A stretch of DNA of 64,000 nucleotides, taken from positions 1 through 64,000 of the forward strand of contig JBNJFB010000004.1 of NCBI GenBank assembly GCA_051746405.1, read 5' to 3'. The notes under the pieces were generated by a model. The model did no database searches, was not told the DNA's origin, and was given only the letters and a program-made list of their open reading frames with translations. Shown here in pieces: positions 30,114 to 39,482 of this stretch (the first letter of the stretch is position 1; each line of letters begins with the position of its first letter). Position numbers and translations under genes: made by a program. Origin of the DNA: Campylobacterota bacterium (lineage in GTDB: Bacteria; Campylobacterota; Campylobacteria; Campylobacterales; Arcobacteraceae).

Positions 30114-31705
30114 TGAAGAGTTTAAGAGATTTAATAGAAGACCAAGAAAAAACAATAACTTTCAAAGAGGATGAAAATAGTAGTGAAACTATTGATGAGT
30201 CTGTAAAAACAAAAGAGAAAATAAGTAAAGTTAAAAGACAAGTTGGAAACTCTGAACTTGTATTTCCAGAGCTTTATACAAATAAAGATTTATATGAACT
30301 TGCATTAAGAGTAAATGATAGTTTTTTGATGAATTTAAAATCTGACCAAAAGATTACAAGGGAAAACCTAGAAGAGGTACTACCTGAATTTATTAAAAGC
30401 TTTAATAATGAAACAAAACTTCTATCTAAAGAGAGTTTAGAAGATATAAAAACTATGATTATAAATAATATACTAGGTTATAGTCATATCTCAACTATTT
30501 TTCAAATTGCAAAAGATGGTTTAAATGATGTGATTATTAATACAAAAGATTATGTTGATATTATTTATAAGGGTAGAACCGAACAAACACCTTTTACTTT
30601 TAGAAGCGAGGAAGAGTTAAGAAAAGTTATAGATAAGATGCTTGCTGAAAACAATAGAAAAACAGATGAAGCACACCCTATAATTTCAAGTAAATTAAAT
30701 GATGGTTCAAGAGTTGAAGTACAAATCCCACCAATTGCAGCTAATGGCGGCTCTTGTGTTACAATCAGAAAGTTTAATGAAATACCACTTCTACTAGAGA
30801 TGTTAATAGATAGTGGTCAAATTGATATGAAAATGGCATATTTTCTAGTAAAAGCATCTAAAGGAAAATGTAATATTATAGTTTCAGGTGGTACATCAAG
30901 TGGTAAAACTACTTTTTTAAATGCAATTACAAGGTTTGTTGATGGAAATGAACAGTTAATGGTAATAGAAGATACAAAAGAGATGCAACCACAAATGCCA
31001 TGTCACTCTATTAGACAGTATGAAGCAAGAATGGAGAATGAAGAGGGAAAAGGTGCTATTAGTTTAGATTATTTATTGCGTTCTGCACTTCGTTCTAGTC
31101 CTAGAAGAATTGTAGTTGGTGAGTGTAGAGGACCTGAAATTGTAGTTATGTTAAATGCAATGAATACAGGTCACCCAGGCTCTATGACTACAGTTCATGC
31201 TGATAATACAAAAGAGGCCCTTGTAAGAGTTGAAAATATGTATTTAGAGGCAAGACCTAGTGCAAATATAAATTTTATTAGGACACAAATTGTATCTGCA
31301 ATTGATTTGATTATTCAATTAGTTAGGTTTCCAGATGGTACAAGAAAGCTTGTGGCAATATCAGAAATAGAAAAAAGAATGGAAGATAATGGAGTTGTTT
31401 CTTTAAATGATATTTTTCAATTTAAAAGAGATACAACTGATATGAAAAATACAAAAGGTGAGTTTGAAATACTTTCAACTCCATCTAGAACAATTGAGCA
31501 AATGGGTATGTTTGGTGTTGATATTGATAAAAGAGTATTTGACCCAAACTTTGAAATGCCAAAATCAATGTTAATTGAAGCACTAGAACAGGACTTGCCT
31601 TCTGTTATGTGTGGCTGGAGAGATGAGTTTTTAGATGTATTTTTACAAAGAGATCCAACTCTTTTTCATAAGTGGCCACATTTTCAGAAAATGCGTCAGG
31701 AGTAA
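30113..31705 (+). CDS. tadA: Tad pilus assembly ATPase TadA/CpaF
   Basis: DGSRV, TIRKF, GGTSSGKTT, IEDTKE, IVVGECRG, MNTGHPGSMTTVHA. Confidence 0.95.
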   Translation: MKSLRDLIEDQEKTITFKEDENSSETIDESVKTKEKISKVKRQVGNSELVFPELYTNKDLYELALRVNDSFLMNLKSDQKITRENLEEVLPEFIKSFNNETKLLSKESLEDIKTMIINNILGYSHISTIFQIAKDGLNDVIINTKDYVDIIYKGRTEQTPFTFRSEEELRKVIDKMLAENNRKTDEAHPIISSKLNDGSRVEVQIPPIAANGGSCVTIRKFNEIPLLLEMLIDSGQIDMKMAYFLVKASKGKCNIIVSGGTSSGKTTFLNAITRFVDGNEQLMVIEDTKEMQPQMPCHSIRQYEARMENEEGKGAISLDYLLRSALRSSPRRIVVGECRGPEIVVMLNAMNTGHPGSMTTVHADNTKEALVRVENMYLEARPSANINFIRTQIVSAIDLIIQLVRFPDGTRKLVAISEIEKRMEDNGVVSLNDIFQFKRDTTDMKNTKGEFEILSTPSRTIEQMGMFGVDIDKRVFDPNFEMPKSMLIEALEQDLPSVMCGWRDEFLDVFLQRDPTLFHKWPHFQKMRQE

Positions 31706-31707
31706 AT

Positions 31708-32631
31708 ATGAGTATTGAAGTTTTATTATTCATATTTATTACTCCTTTAATATTTATAACATTAGTTTACTATTTGTTTGATTTTTATATAAAATCTAAT
31801 AAGCAAAGAGTTATTATAAATACGTTGGTAAATACAAATAATAAGATTTTAAATAAAAATAGGGTTGAAAATGAGTATGAAAAAAGTAACTTCTTAACAA
31901 AAAAGTTAAGACATGCAGGTTTTACAACAAAAGGTAGTGAGTTTGCTTTTATACTAATATCACTGGCTTTTGGATTTTTTATTAGTTTTTTTATATTTTT
32001 TGTTATTAAATCTAAAATAGTTTTTGTATTAACTTTTTTAGTATTTATGTTTTTGCCATATTTGATACTAACAAAGCTTATAAAGGTGCGTCAAGAAGAG
32101 TTTAATTTTGCATTAAAAGAGGTTATAGATAAAGTTACAAGTATGATGAAAAGTGGAGTGGGTTTTGAACAAGCTTTAAAAAAGTCAATTATAACTTCAA
32201 AATCAGATTTAGCTAAAAAGATATTAGGTATTTATATTAATGAAAAATCTGTAATTGGTGAAGAGAAATGTTTTGAAAAGATGTTTTCATTAATTGAATC
32301 AAGGGAGCTTAGAATATTTTATCTTACCATATCTATAGGAAAAAAATCAGGTGGGAAGTTTTCAAGTACTTTAGAAAAATTAAGACAAGCATTACATGAC
32401 CAAGGTGAGATAAAGCAAGAGATTGTATCTTCAACAAAAGAGATAAAAGTAGGTACTTATATGGTAATTGCACTTATTGTATTTACTTACATTATGATGA
32501 ACAATGCACTAGAAAACTCACTAAATGCACACTTTTTTGGAAGTACAACAGGTAAGTTACAAATGTTTTTTATAGTAGTATGGATTACATTTGGATTATT
32601 TATTAATAGCTTGCTAACAAAGATTAAATGA
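31708..32631 (+). CDS. tadB: TadB (T2SS F-family) platform protein
   Basis: TM segments plus MMKSG..EQAL and KKSGGK; start moved to ATG 31708 just after the tadA stop. Confidence 0.82.
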   Translation: MSIEVLLFIFITPLIFITLVYYLFDFYIKSNKQRVIINTLVNTNNKILNKNRVENEYEKSNFLTKKLRHAGFTTKGSEFAFILISLAFGFFISFFIFFVIKSKIVFVLTFLVFMFLPYLILTKLIKVRQEEFNFALKEVIDKVTSMMKSGVGFEQALKKSIITSKSDLAKKILGIYINEKSVIGEEKCFEKMFSLIESRELRIFYLTISIGKKSGGKFSSTLEKLRQALHDQGEIKQEIVSSTKEIKVGTYMVIALIVFTYIMMNNALENSLNAHFFGSTTGKLQMFFIVVWITFGLFINSLLTKIK

Positions 32632-33470
32632 TGAGTGATACACTTTTATTAGTAATATTATCACCTCTACTTATTACATTAGTAGTGATTTTAACTGTAA
32701 TATACCTACAAAGAAAAAGGCAACAAAAAAATATTGTACTTTTATCAAAATTAGATAATAAAGCAATAATAGAAGAACAACATAAGAAAACAAAAAATAG
32801 TAGTAGTTTAAATATAAAATTAATTCAAGCTGGTATTACATATAAAGAGTACAATGAAGCAAGACTTCTTTTTGCACTCATTGGTATAATAGTAGTAGGA
32901 GTTTTACCTTTTTTTACTCCCTTGTATATATCTATAGCTATTGTAGTTGTAGGTTTAGTATGTATAGTATTTGGAGGTAAAATCTATTTAAGCATTGCAA
33001 AAGCAGAGAGAGTTGAAAAAATAGATAGGGATTTGGGTATTTTTTTAGATTTAGTAAATGTTATATTAGAAGCAGGTGGTAGCTTAAAAAATGCATTTTT
33101 TGAAGTATCTAGAAGAGCAAGGGGAATAATTGACCCTGAGTTATTAAAAGAGGTTAGTATTTTAGAGTATGAAATGACAAACTACTCCACAAAAACTGCT
33201 TATGAGAATTTAAAAAATAGAGTTGATAGTAAAGAGTTAGACAAGATAGTTGATTTTCTTATTTTAAGTGAAGAGACAGGAATTGGAGTTAAGAATATCT
33301 TTGCAATGCAATCAGATGAGATGAGAAGAGAGAGATTTTATAAAATAAAAGGAAAGGTAAACACTTTAAATATGTATTTAATGTTAGTTATTTTTCTTTT
33401 TGTTTTGCCAGCTTTTGCTGCATTTATAGTTTTCCCTATGATGGGTGGGACTTTAACAATGGGACTTTAA
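32628..33470 (+). CDS. tadC: TadC (T2SS F-family) platform protein
   Basis: FLDLVNVILEAGGS, SEETG, C-terminal FLFVLPA TM. Confidence 0.85.
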   Translation: MMSDTLLLVILSPLLITLVVILTVIYLQRKRQQKNIVLLSKLDNKAIIEEQHKKTKNSSSLNIKLIQAGITYKEYNEARLLFALIGIIVVGVLPFFTPLYISIAIVVVGLVCIVFGGKIYLSIAKAERVEKIDRDLGIFLDLVNVILEAGGSLKNAFFEVSRRARGIIDPELLKEVSILEYEMTNYSTKTAYENLKNRVDSKELDKIVDFLILSEETGIGVKNIFAMQSDEMRRERFYKIKGKVNTLNMYLMLVIFLFVLPAFAAFIVFPMMGGTLTMGL

Positions 33471-33485
33471 TATGAGGATTAAAAA

Positions 33486-34664
33486 ATGCAATTAAATAGA
33501 CAGATTATTATAATATTAATATTAGCATCATTGTTAATATCAGCTTTAGCAACTGCTTTTTATTTCTATAATAAAAACAAACAGGCTTTAAAAAGTAATA
33601 ATGAGCTAGTTACAATATATGTAGCTAAAGATGATATTAAAAGAAATACATTAATAAAACCAGAGCATATGGGCAGAACAAAAATTGCAAAAAAGTTTTT
33701 GCTCAATAGACCATTAAATAAAAAAGAGATTTTAGGAAAATATACAAAAGAGCCTATTTATAAAAATGAAATGTTTATAAAACAGAAACTTAATACTCAA
33801 ATTGAAAAAAGAAAAGCAAAGGTTCTTGATTTTTCAAAGAGTAGCTATAATATGAGATTTGATCTATTTAACAATCCAAACTACTCTTTAAATCAAGGTG
33901 ATTATATAAATATTATATCTGTTTATCCATCAGGTGAACCAAATAGACAAGGAAACTATTCTAATTATGATGTGCAATATGTGGCAAATAATATCAAGGT
34001 TTTAGGATTTATAAAAAGTGGTAAACTAGAGTCTGCAAGTATAGTAAAAGAGAAAGTAAAAAAACTTAGAAATAAAAAGGTTGTAGAAGAGGTTGTAGAT
34101 GTAAAAGCTAATGAGATAGTTATTGATATAAATCCTGAGGTTTTACTTAAACTAATAAAAGATTATAATAAAGGAAATCAGCTTTGGATGGTAAAAACTA
34201 AAGAGTCAATACAGATTGATACAATTGATAAAATGAATAAAAAGCAGATTGAAAATTTAATTAAAAAAGAAGAGTCTAATAAAAAAGAAGTAAAGAAAGA
34301 ACAAAGCTACAAACTCTATAAACCAAAAGATTATACTATAAATAAAAAAGCAATAATTGATTATATAAATATTGAGCAAAAAAATAAAAAAATAGAGAAA
34401 GTAGAAGTAAAAGTAGAACCAAAAAATATTTGTAAAAATAGAAATAGTAAATATATAGTAGGTAATGTAAGTAGTTTTTATATTAGAAATAGCCCTTCTT
34501 TAAACTCAAACTATAAAAGAGTACTAAGTAAAAATACTATAATTCCTTTCTTTAAAAAACAGAATGGATGGTTTAAAACTTGTGATAATCTTTTTGTAAG
34601 TCAAAAAGTAGCTAAAGCGGTTTCTAAAAATTTTGTAAGAAATAAGCTAGGATTTAGCCAATGA
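33486..34664 (+). CDS. RcpC/CpaB-like protein (SAF domain) with a C-terminal SH3b-like domain
   Basis: N-terminal TM, VAKDDIKRNTLI, LNQGDYINII; C-terminal FYIRNSPSLNS...NGWFK. Confidence 0.75.
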   Translation: MQLNRQIIIILILASLLISALATAFYFYNKNKQALKSNNELVTIYVAKDDIKRNTLIKPEHMGRTKIAKKFLLNRPLNKKEILGKYTKEPIYKNEMFIKQKLNTQIEKRKAKVLDFSKSSYNMRFDLFNNPNYSLNQGDYINIISVYPSGEPNRQGNYSNYDVQYVANNIKVLGFIKSGKLESASIVKEKVKKLRNKKVVEEVVDVKANEIVIDINPEVLLKLIKDYNKGNQLWMVKTKESIQIDTIDKMNKKQIENLIKKEESNKKEVKKEQSYKLYKPKDYTINKKAIIDYINIEQKNKKIEKVEVKVEPKNICKNRNSKYIVGNVSSFYIRNSPSLNSNYKRVLSKNTIIPFFKKQNGWFKTCDNLFVSQKVAKAVSKNFVRNKLGFSQ

Positions 34665-35089
34665 TAAAAAGCCATAGTATGAAAAATGCCTTTGTTGAGC
34701 AAATAATTTTATGGATTGTAATATTTGTCTCTTTTGTGGGTTTTTTATTTTTTGTTATTGATTATTCAAACTCTTTAAAGGTAAAAGAGAATGCGGACTC
34801 CATAGCTCAATATACCTCTAGAATGGTAGCAATAAATAAGCCATTAGTTAGTGTAGCTCAGGGAATAAATGAAATCAAAGGAGATTTTGTAAAAACAGTT
34901 AGTGTGGGCGATTTAAACTGTAGTGAAAATACAGCAGTGACAAATAGACAAGTTATTGTAAATGTTTATGCCACATTAAATAATAGTTTTTTAACAAATA
35001 ATAGTAATAATATTCATTCAAAATCAGTAGTTTATAATGAAAGTAGTGAATATGAAAAAGAGTGTAATTTAACTCTAACATTTAATTAG
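34661..35089 (+). CDS. TadE/F-like minor pilin
   Basis: MKNA|FVEQIILWIVIF hydrophobic N-terminus (alternative start 34679); two Cys; within the Tad operon. Confidence 0.6.
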   Translation: MIKSHSMKNAFVEQIILWIVIFVSFVGFLFFVIDYSNSLKVKENADSIAQYTSRMVAINKPLVSVAQGINEIKGDFVKTVSVGDLNCSENTAVTNRQVIVNVYATLNNSFLTNNSNNIHSKSVVYNESSEYEKECNLTLTFN

Positions 35090-35098
35090 GAGTGTTTT

Positions 35099-36469
35099 AT
35101 GAAATATGTTAGTAGAAATATTTGGATTTTTTTTATAGCTTTAGCTATTACTTTGACAAATATATATGCAAATGAAGATTTAAATAATAAAAAAATAAGT
35201 GTAAAAAAAGATTCATTTAAAGTCTTAAAGTTTAATAAAACTATTAGTAATGTGAAAGTTAGTAATAAAGATTTAGTTGAGGTTGAGTTTGTAAAAAATA
35301 GTAAAAAACCTCTACAGATAATAAGAGTTTTTACAAAAAGTTTAGGAAATGCAAATATTTTTATTCTGTTTGAGGATAACACTTCTAAAAGTATAAATAT
35401 AAATATTACGCAAGATTTAGAAACTATTATAGATGTGGCAAAAGTTTTAAGTCCAAGTTTAAAAGTAAAACAAATAAATAAAAAAGTAATACTATCAGGT
35501 AAAATTAAAAATCAAAAGCAAAAAGATAAGATATTAAATCTTTTTAAAAAAGCTGATGTTGATTTAAAGAAAGATTTAGTTGATTTAACCTCTTTGAATA
35601 ATCCAGATAAAATGATACGATTAAAACTCTATGTAGTTGAAATGAATAATAATAAAGGGTTGGAACTGAAAAATGAATGGGATTATGAGTTTGAAAGAAA
35701 TAGTGTGCAATCAAGTAGCCTAATCCAAAATGCTGTAACGCTAACAGGTGGTTTAAATATTGTAGCACGCTATTTAGGTAATAATTTTAATGCAGGACTT
35801 GTTTTAAACTATTTAGCTTCAAATGGTGCTGCAAATATAATTGATGAAACCACTTTATTAACTCTTGAAAATCAAGCAGCCAATTTTCTTGCAGGTGGTA
35901 CTTTTAATATTAGAACACAAACAACAACAGCAGAAGGACTTCCTTCAACTGAGTTACAAGAGATTCAATATGGATTGCAATTAAATATCAAAGCAGAGAA
36001 TATAATTAATGAAAATTTTGTAAAACTTAATATTGAAACTAAGTCTAGTACCCCAATTTTTACTGAAGCTGTAGATGGGATACCAAATATTAGTGAAAAG
36101 TCTATCATGACAAATGTAGTTGCTGCTAATAAATCTACAATAGTACTTGGAGGCTTGGTAAAAACAGAAGAGAGTACAGATATTGACAAGGTTCCTTTTT
36201 TAGGAGATATACCTATTTTAGGTTATCTTTTTACTAATAAAAATCAATCAACAGATGAACGAAGTGAATTAGTGTTTTTTATAACTCCAGAGATTGTTGA
36301 CCCTACAATAAACAACCAACAAGAACTATTTAATAAGAAAACTGTATTTAAAGACAAAATAAAAAAGAAGTTAGAACCAAAGCAACAAAGAAAAGAGAAA
36401 AAAGATACAATACAGCAAGATAAGAGCTCACTTCATCAACAAAGAGTTAATGAGATTTTAGGTATGTAG
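35099..36469 (+). CDS. rcpA: RcpA/CpaC secretin
   Basis: Signal peptide, FLAGG, IVLGGL, KVPFLGDIPILGYLF, ELVFFITPEIV. Confidence 0.9.
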   Translation: MKYVSRNIWIFFIALAITLTNIYANEDLNNKKISVKKDSFKVLKFNKTISNVKVSNKDLVEVEFVKNSKKPLQIIRVFTKSLGNANIFILFEDNTSKSININITQDLETIIDVAKVLSPSLKVKQINKKVILSGKIKNQKQKDKILNLFKKADVDLKKDLVDLTSLNNPDKMIRLKLYVVEMNNNKGLELKNEWDYEFERNSVQSSSLIQNAVTLTGGLNIVARYLGNNFNAGLVLNYLASNGAANIIDETTLLTLENQAANFLAGGTFNIRTQTTTAEGLPSTELQEIQYGLQLNIKAENIINENFVKLNIETKSSTPIFTEAVDGIPNISEKSIMTNVVAANKSTIVLGGLVKTEESTDIDKVPFLGDIPILGYLFTNKNQSTDERSELVFFITPEIVDPTINNQQELFNKKTVFKDKIKKKLEPKQQRKEKKDTIQQDKSSLHQQRVNEILGM

Positions 36470-36475
36470 TAAAGG

Positions 36476-37459
36476 CTACTTTATTAACTCAACTTTGTTT
36501 TTTAGTTTAGTCCCAATTATCTTTAATTGAAACTCAAAGTTATCATAATCATTATTTATTTTATGGTAACTTTCGCTTGGGTTATTTTGAAACTCAACTT
36601 CTATAAATTTATTTACAATTAAATCTGTAGCTTGACTATTGCAATCAAATAGTGCAATGTGCATTTTAACACCTCTTAAATCATAATCTTTTTCTAAATT
36701 TTTGAAAGATTGACTTATTTGTTTGGGGTCATTATTTTGTTCCATTGATAACTTTTTTACTTTAGGTACACAAAAGTTATCATCATTAACAGACACGTCA
36801 AGTGAGTTTTCATCATTTTTTAGAAAGTTATCTTCCACATAAAAATCTTTAATTGTATTTTTAAAATGTGCCCATTTTGAATTTCCTGAATCAACACAAG
36901 CATCATTTGTATCAACTCCATAAAAATTACTGTAATCTTCATAATCATAAGTGGAATGACCTTTTATATTAAAGCTTATAATATTATCTTTTACTAGATG
37001 TGAAGAGTCACATCCATTTATTCCAAAAGGGGTGAGATTTGAAGTTTGTGTTATCTCATCACCCTCTGCAATTTTTACTTTAGATTGGGTATCTAACCCA
37101 AAATTTGTAATATTTAAAAATCTATACCAAAATGTTTCATGATTGTATGAAGGTAGGTTTACTGTTAAAGTATTAGGTTCAGAGATAAAGTCCCAATTGT
37201 ATGTTAGATTATCTTTTATTTCATTTCCTAGTTTAGTTTTTGATAAAATATCACTTGCAATTTGTTGAGCTTCAGTGGTGTTTTGACTTACTTTTGCATA
37301 ATATTTAGCTGCACTAAGTGCTGCATTGTTTGTAAGATTTTTTAGTTTATAGTATTTATTTCTAGCTTCTTCATCATCTAAAAGGGTAGTCGCAGTTATT
37401 ATTAAAATTGAAAAGATTAAAAACCCTAAAAGTATTTGGTCAATAAAAGCTTTTTTCAT
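36476..37459 (-). CDS. TadG-like minor pilin
   Basis: MKKA|FIDQILLGFLIF and KLKNLTNNAALSAA (TadG-like LQxxxDAAALAA helix); convergent with rcpA. Confidence 0.65.
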   Translation of the reverse strand: MKKAFIDQILLGFLIFSILIITATTLLDDEEARNKYYKLKNLTNNAALSAAKYYAKVSQNTTEAQQIASDILSKTKLGNEIKDNLTYNWDFISEPNTLTVNLPSYNHETFWYRFLNITNFGLDTQSKVKIAEGDEITQTSNLTPFGINGCDSSHLVKDNIISFNIKGHSTYDYEDYSNFYGVDTNDACVDSGNSKWAHFKNTIKDFYVEDNFLKNDENSLDVSVNDDNFCVPKVKKLSMEQNNDPKQISQSFKNLEKDYDLRGVKMHIALFDCNSQATDLIVNKFIEVEFQNNPSESYHKINNDYDNFEFQLKIIGTKLKNKVELIK

Positions 37460-37581
37460 AAAAGTTTCCTTCTTAATATCTTTTAGAGTATAACATATTT
37501 TCCTTCCAGAAATTTAATTTTAAATGATAGCATATTAATAGTTTAAAGTTTAATTTTATACAATTGCATGAAAGGATAGTT

Positions 37582-38727
37582 ATGGAATCAATAATTAATA
37601 CAAATAATATAGATATATTAAAACAAATCTTAGAAAATTCATACAATAGCATTGTGATAACAGATGCAAATTTAGATAAAGATGGACCAAAAATATTGTA
37701 TGTAAATCGAGCATTTTCTCTTATGACAGGGTATAGTTCAAATGATATTAGAGGTAAAACACCACGAATTTTACAAGGTGAAAAAACAAGTAGAGCTACT
37801 CTTGATAGATTAAAAGAAAAATGCTTAAAAGGTGAGTTTTTTAGCGGAACAACTGTTAATTATAAAAAAGATGGAACACCTTATGATGTTGAGTGGAATA
37901 TATCACCATTAAAAGATGAGCATGGAAATATTGTTAAATATATTTCAATACAAAAAGATATAACTAATGAAGTTAAGTATAAAAGGGATTTAGAAGAAAA
38001 AGTTAAAGAACAAGTAAATGAGATTAGAAGAAAAGATGAAGAGTTACAAAATCAAGCTAAACTTGCAGCAATGGGAGAGATGCTTGATGCAGTAGCACAT
38101 CAATGGAAACAGCCAATTGGTATAATAAAATTAAATACAGAGATGATAGTTTATGATTTTGAAGATGGCTTAATTAATGAAAAATATATAAAAGATTTTC
38201 AAGAAAAAGTATTTGCTCAACTAAATCATACAACTAATACACTTGATACGTTTAGAGACTTTTTAAAACCAAATACAAAAGCAAAATATTTTAATATTGA
38301 AGATATCTTAAATAAAACCTTTACATTAATAAAAGATGAGTTTTATAAACAACAAATTGAGATTAGAACTAAAATAGAGGACTCCTATGAAATATACGGA
38401 TATGAAAATGAGTTTGAACACTTTATATTAAACATTTTAAACAATGCTAAAGATGCATATAAAAACTTAGATGATATAGAACAAAAGGTTATTGATATAA
38501 AAGTATATGAAAATAAAAATAAGAAGATAATTGAATTAACTGATTATGCAGGTGGAATACCAAAAGAGGTTTTATCAGATATCTTTAAAGCTCATGTTAC
38601 TACAAAAGGTGAGACTCAAGGAAGTGGTATAGGACTTTATATGACTAGTAAAATTATAGAGAAACATAATGGAAAACTAGAAGCATATAATCACAAAAGC
38701 GGGGCAACTTTTAAGGCAATTTTTTAA
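37582..38727 (+). CDS. Cytoplasmic PAS-domain sensor histidine kinase
   Basis: YVNRAF..TGY PAS, AHQWKQP H-box, NNAKDA, DYAGGI, GSGIGL; start ATG after AAGGA. Confidence 0.92.
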   Translation: MESIINTNNIDILKQILENSYNSIVITDANLDKDGPKILYVNRAFSLMTGYSSNDIRGKTPRILQGEKTSRATLDRLKEKCLKGEFFSGTTVNYKKDGTPYDVEWNISPLKDEHGNIVKYISIQKDITNEVKYKRDLEEKVKEQVNEIRRKDEELQNQAKLAAMGEMLDAVAHQWKQPIGIIKLNTEMIVYDFEDGLINEKYIKDFQEKVFAQLNHTTNTLDTFRDFLKPNTKAKYFNIEDILNKTFTLIKDEFYKQQIEIRTKIEDSYEIYGYENEFEHFILNILNNAKDAYKNLDDIEQKVIDIKVYENKNKKIIELTDYAGGIPKEVLSDIFKAHVTTKGETQGSGIGLYMTSKIIEKHNGKLEAYNHKSGATFKAIF

Positions 38728-38743
38728 ACTAAAATACTTATAG

Positions 38744-38831
38744 TGGCTGAGAGGAAGGGATTTGAACCCTCGGTAGATTGCTCTACACAGACGTTCCAGG
38801 TCTGCACCTTCGACCACTCGGACACCTCTCA
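38744..38831 (-). tRNA. tRNA-Ser(GGA)
   Basis: Acceptor TGAGAGG/CCTCTCA-G-CCA, anticodon arm CAGAC-CTGGAAC-GTCTG, long variable arm, TTCAAAT T-loop. Confidence 0.96.
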
Positions 38832-38948
38832 AATTGTAAGCTGGAATTATATTCTATTTTAAATAAACAAGAGCTTATTTTTTGCGATAGTGTTATGTTA
38901 AAAAAGATGAAAGCATAAAAGCTTCACCTTTTTTAAAGAGAGTTGTTA

Positions 38949-39335
38949 CTACTCTTCAACAGATACAGTAACAGGAGTTGATTCCCAAATACCATGTTTA
39001 GTACAGTAACCGTGAGCTACTAAGTTTAATTTTTTACCAGTTGGAATAATTGTAAATGTAGTAGTATTATGTGCTTTTACATTTCCTAATGTTCCTGGAA
39101 CATATGAAGCTTTTGCTAATAGTGTTTCACCATTAAATAGTGATACAGACTCAATATAGTGATCAAAATCATCTGGATGAGAGTATTCATTTCCCATTTT
39201 AACAGTTACTTCAAAAGGTTCACCTTTTTTAGCAGTTTCATCACAGTGGATAAACGGTGAGTGTCTATCTATTAAATCTTTTTTTGCTTCTCTTTCAACA
39301 GTATCGATATCAACGTATTTATTAATCTTTGGCAT
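38949..39335 (-). CDS. Class II superoxide reductase-like (neelaredoxin/desulfoferrodoxin C-domain) protein
   Basis: RHSP, HPDDFDHYIE, YCTKHGIWE iron ligands. Confidence 0.88.
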   Translation of the reverse strand: MPKINKYVDIDTVEREAKKDLIDRHSPFIHCDETAKKGEPFEVTVKMGNEYSHPDDFDHYIESVSLFNGETLLAKASYVPGTLGNVKAHNTTTFTIIPTGKKLNLVAHGYCTKHGIWESTPVTVSVEE

Positions 39336-39392
39336 TATTTTCTCCTAATAATTTAAATTGTGATTACTATTATACTATATTTTTCTTAAAAG

Positions 39393-39419
39393 TAAATAGG
39401 ATAAATAATATCCTATTTA
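39393..39419. promoter_or_regulatory. 11-bp dyad in the divergent SOR/thiL promoter region
   Basis: TAAATAGGATA-AATAA-TATCCTATTTA; minus-strand TATAAT at 39369-74. Confidence 0.6.
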
Positions 39420-39482
39420 AAAAGTTTCCAATTTGTAACAAAAAGTAGAACTATTTTGTACTATTTTGCTATAATTTTTATC

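Noticed and set aside
37582..37980. LOV-like photoreceptor in the kinase PAS domain
   Set aside because: The GxNCRFLQ motif reads GKTPRILQ; the photoactive Cys is absent.
24686..38831. tRNA-Ser-anchored integrative island carrying tad
   Set aside because: No integrase and no duplicated tRNA 3' end were spotted by eye.
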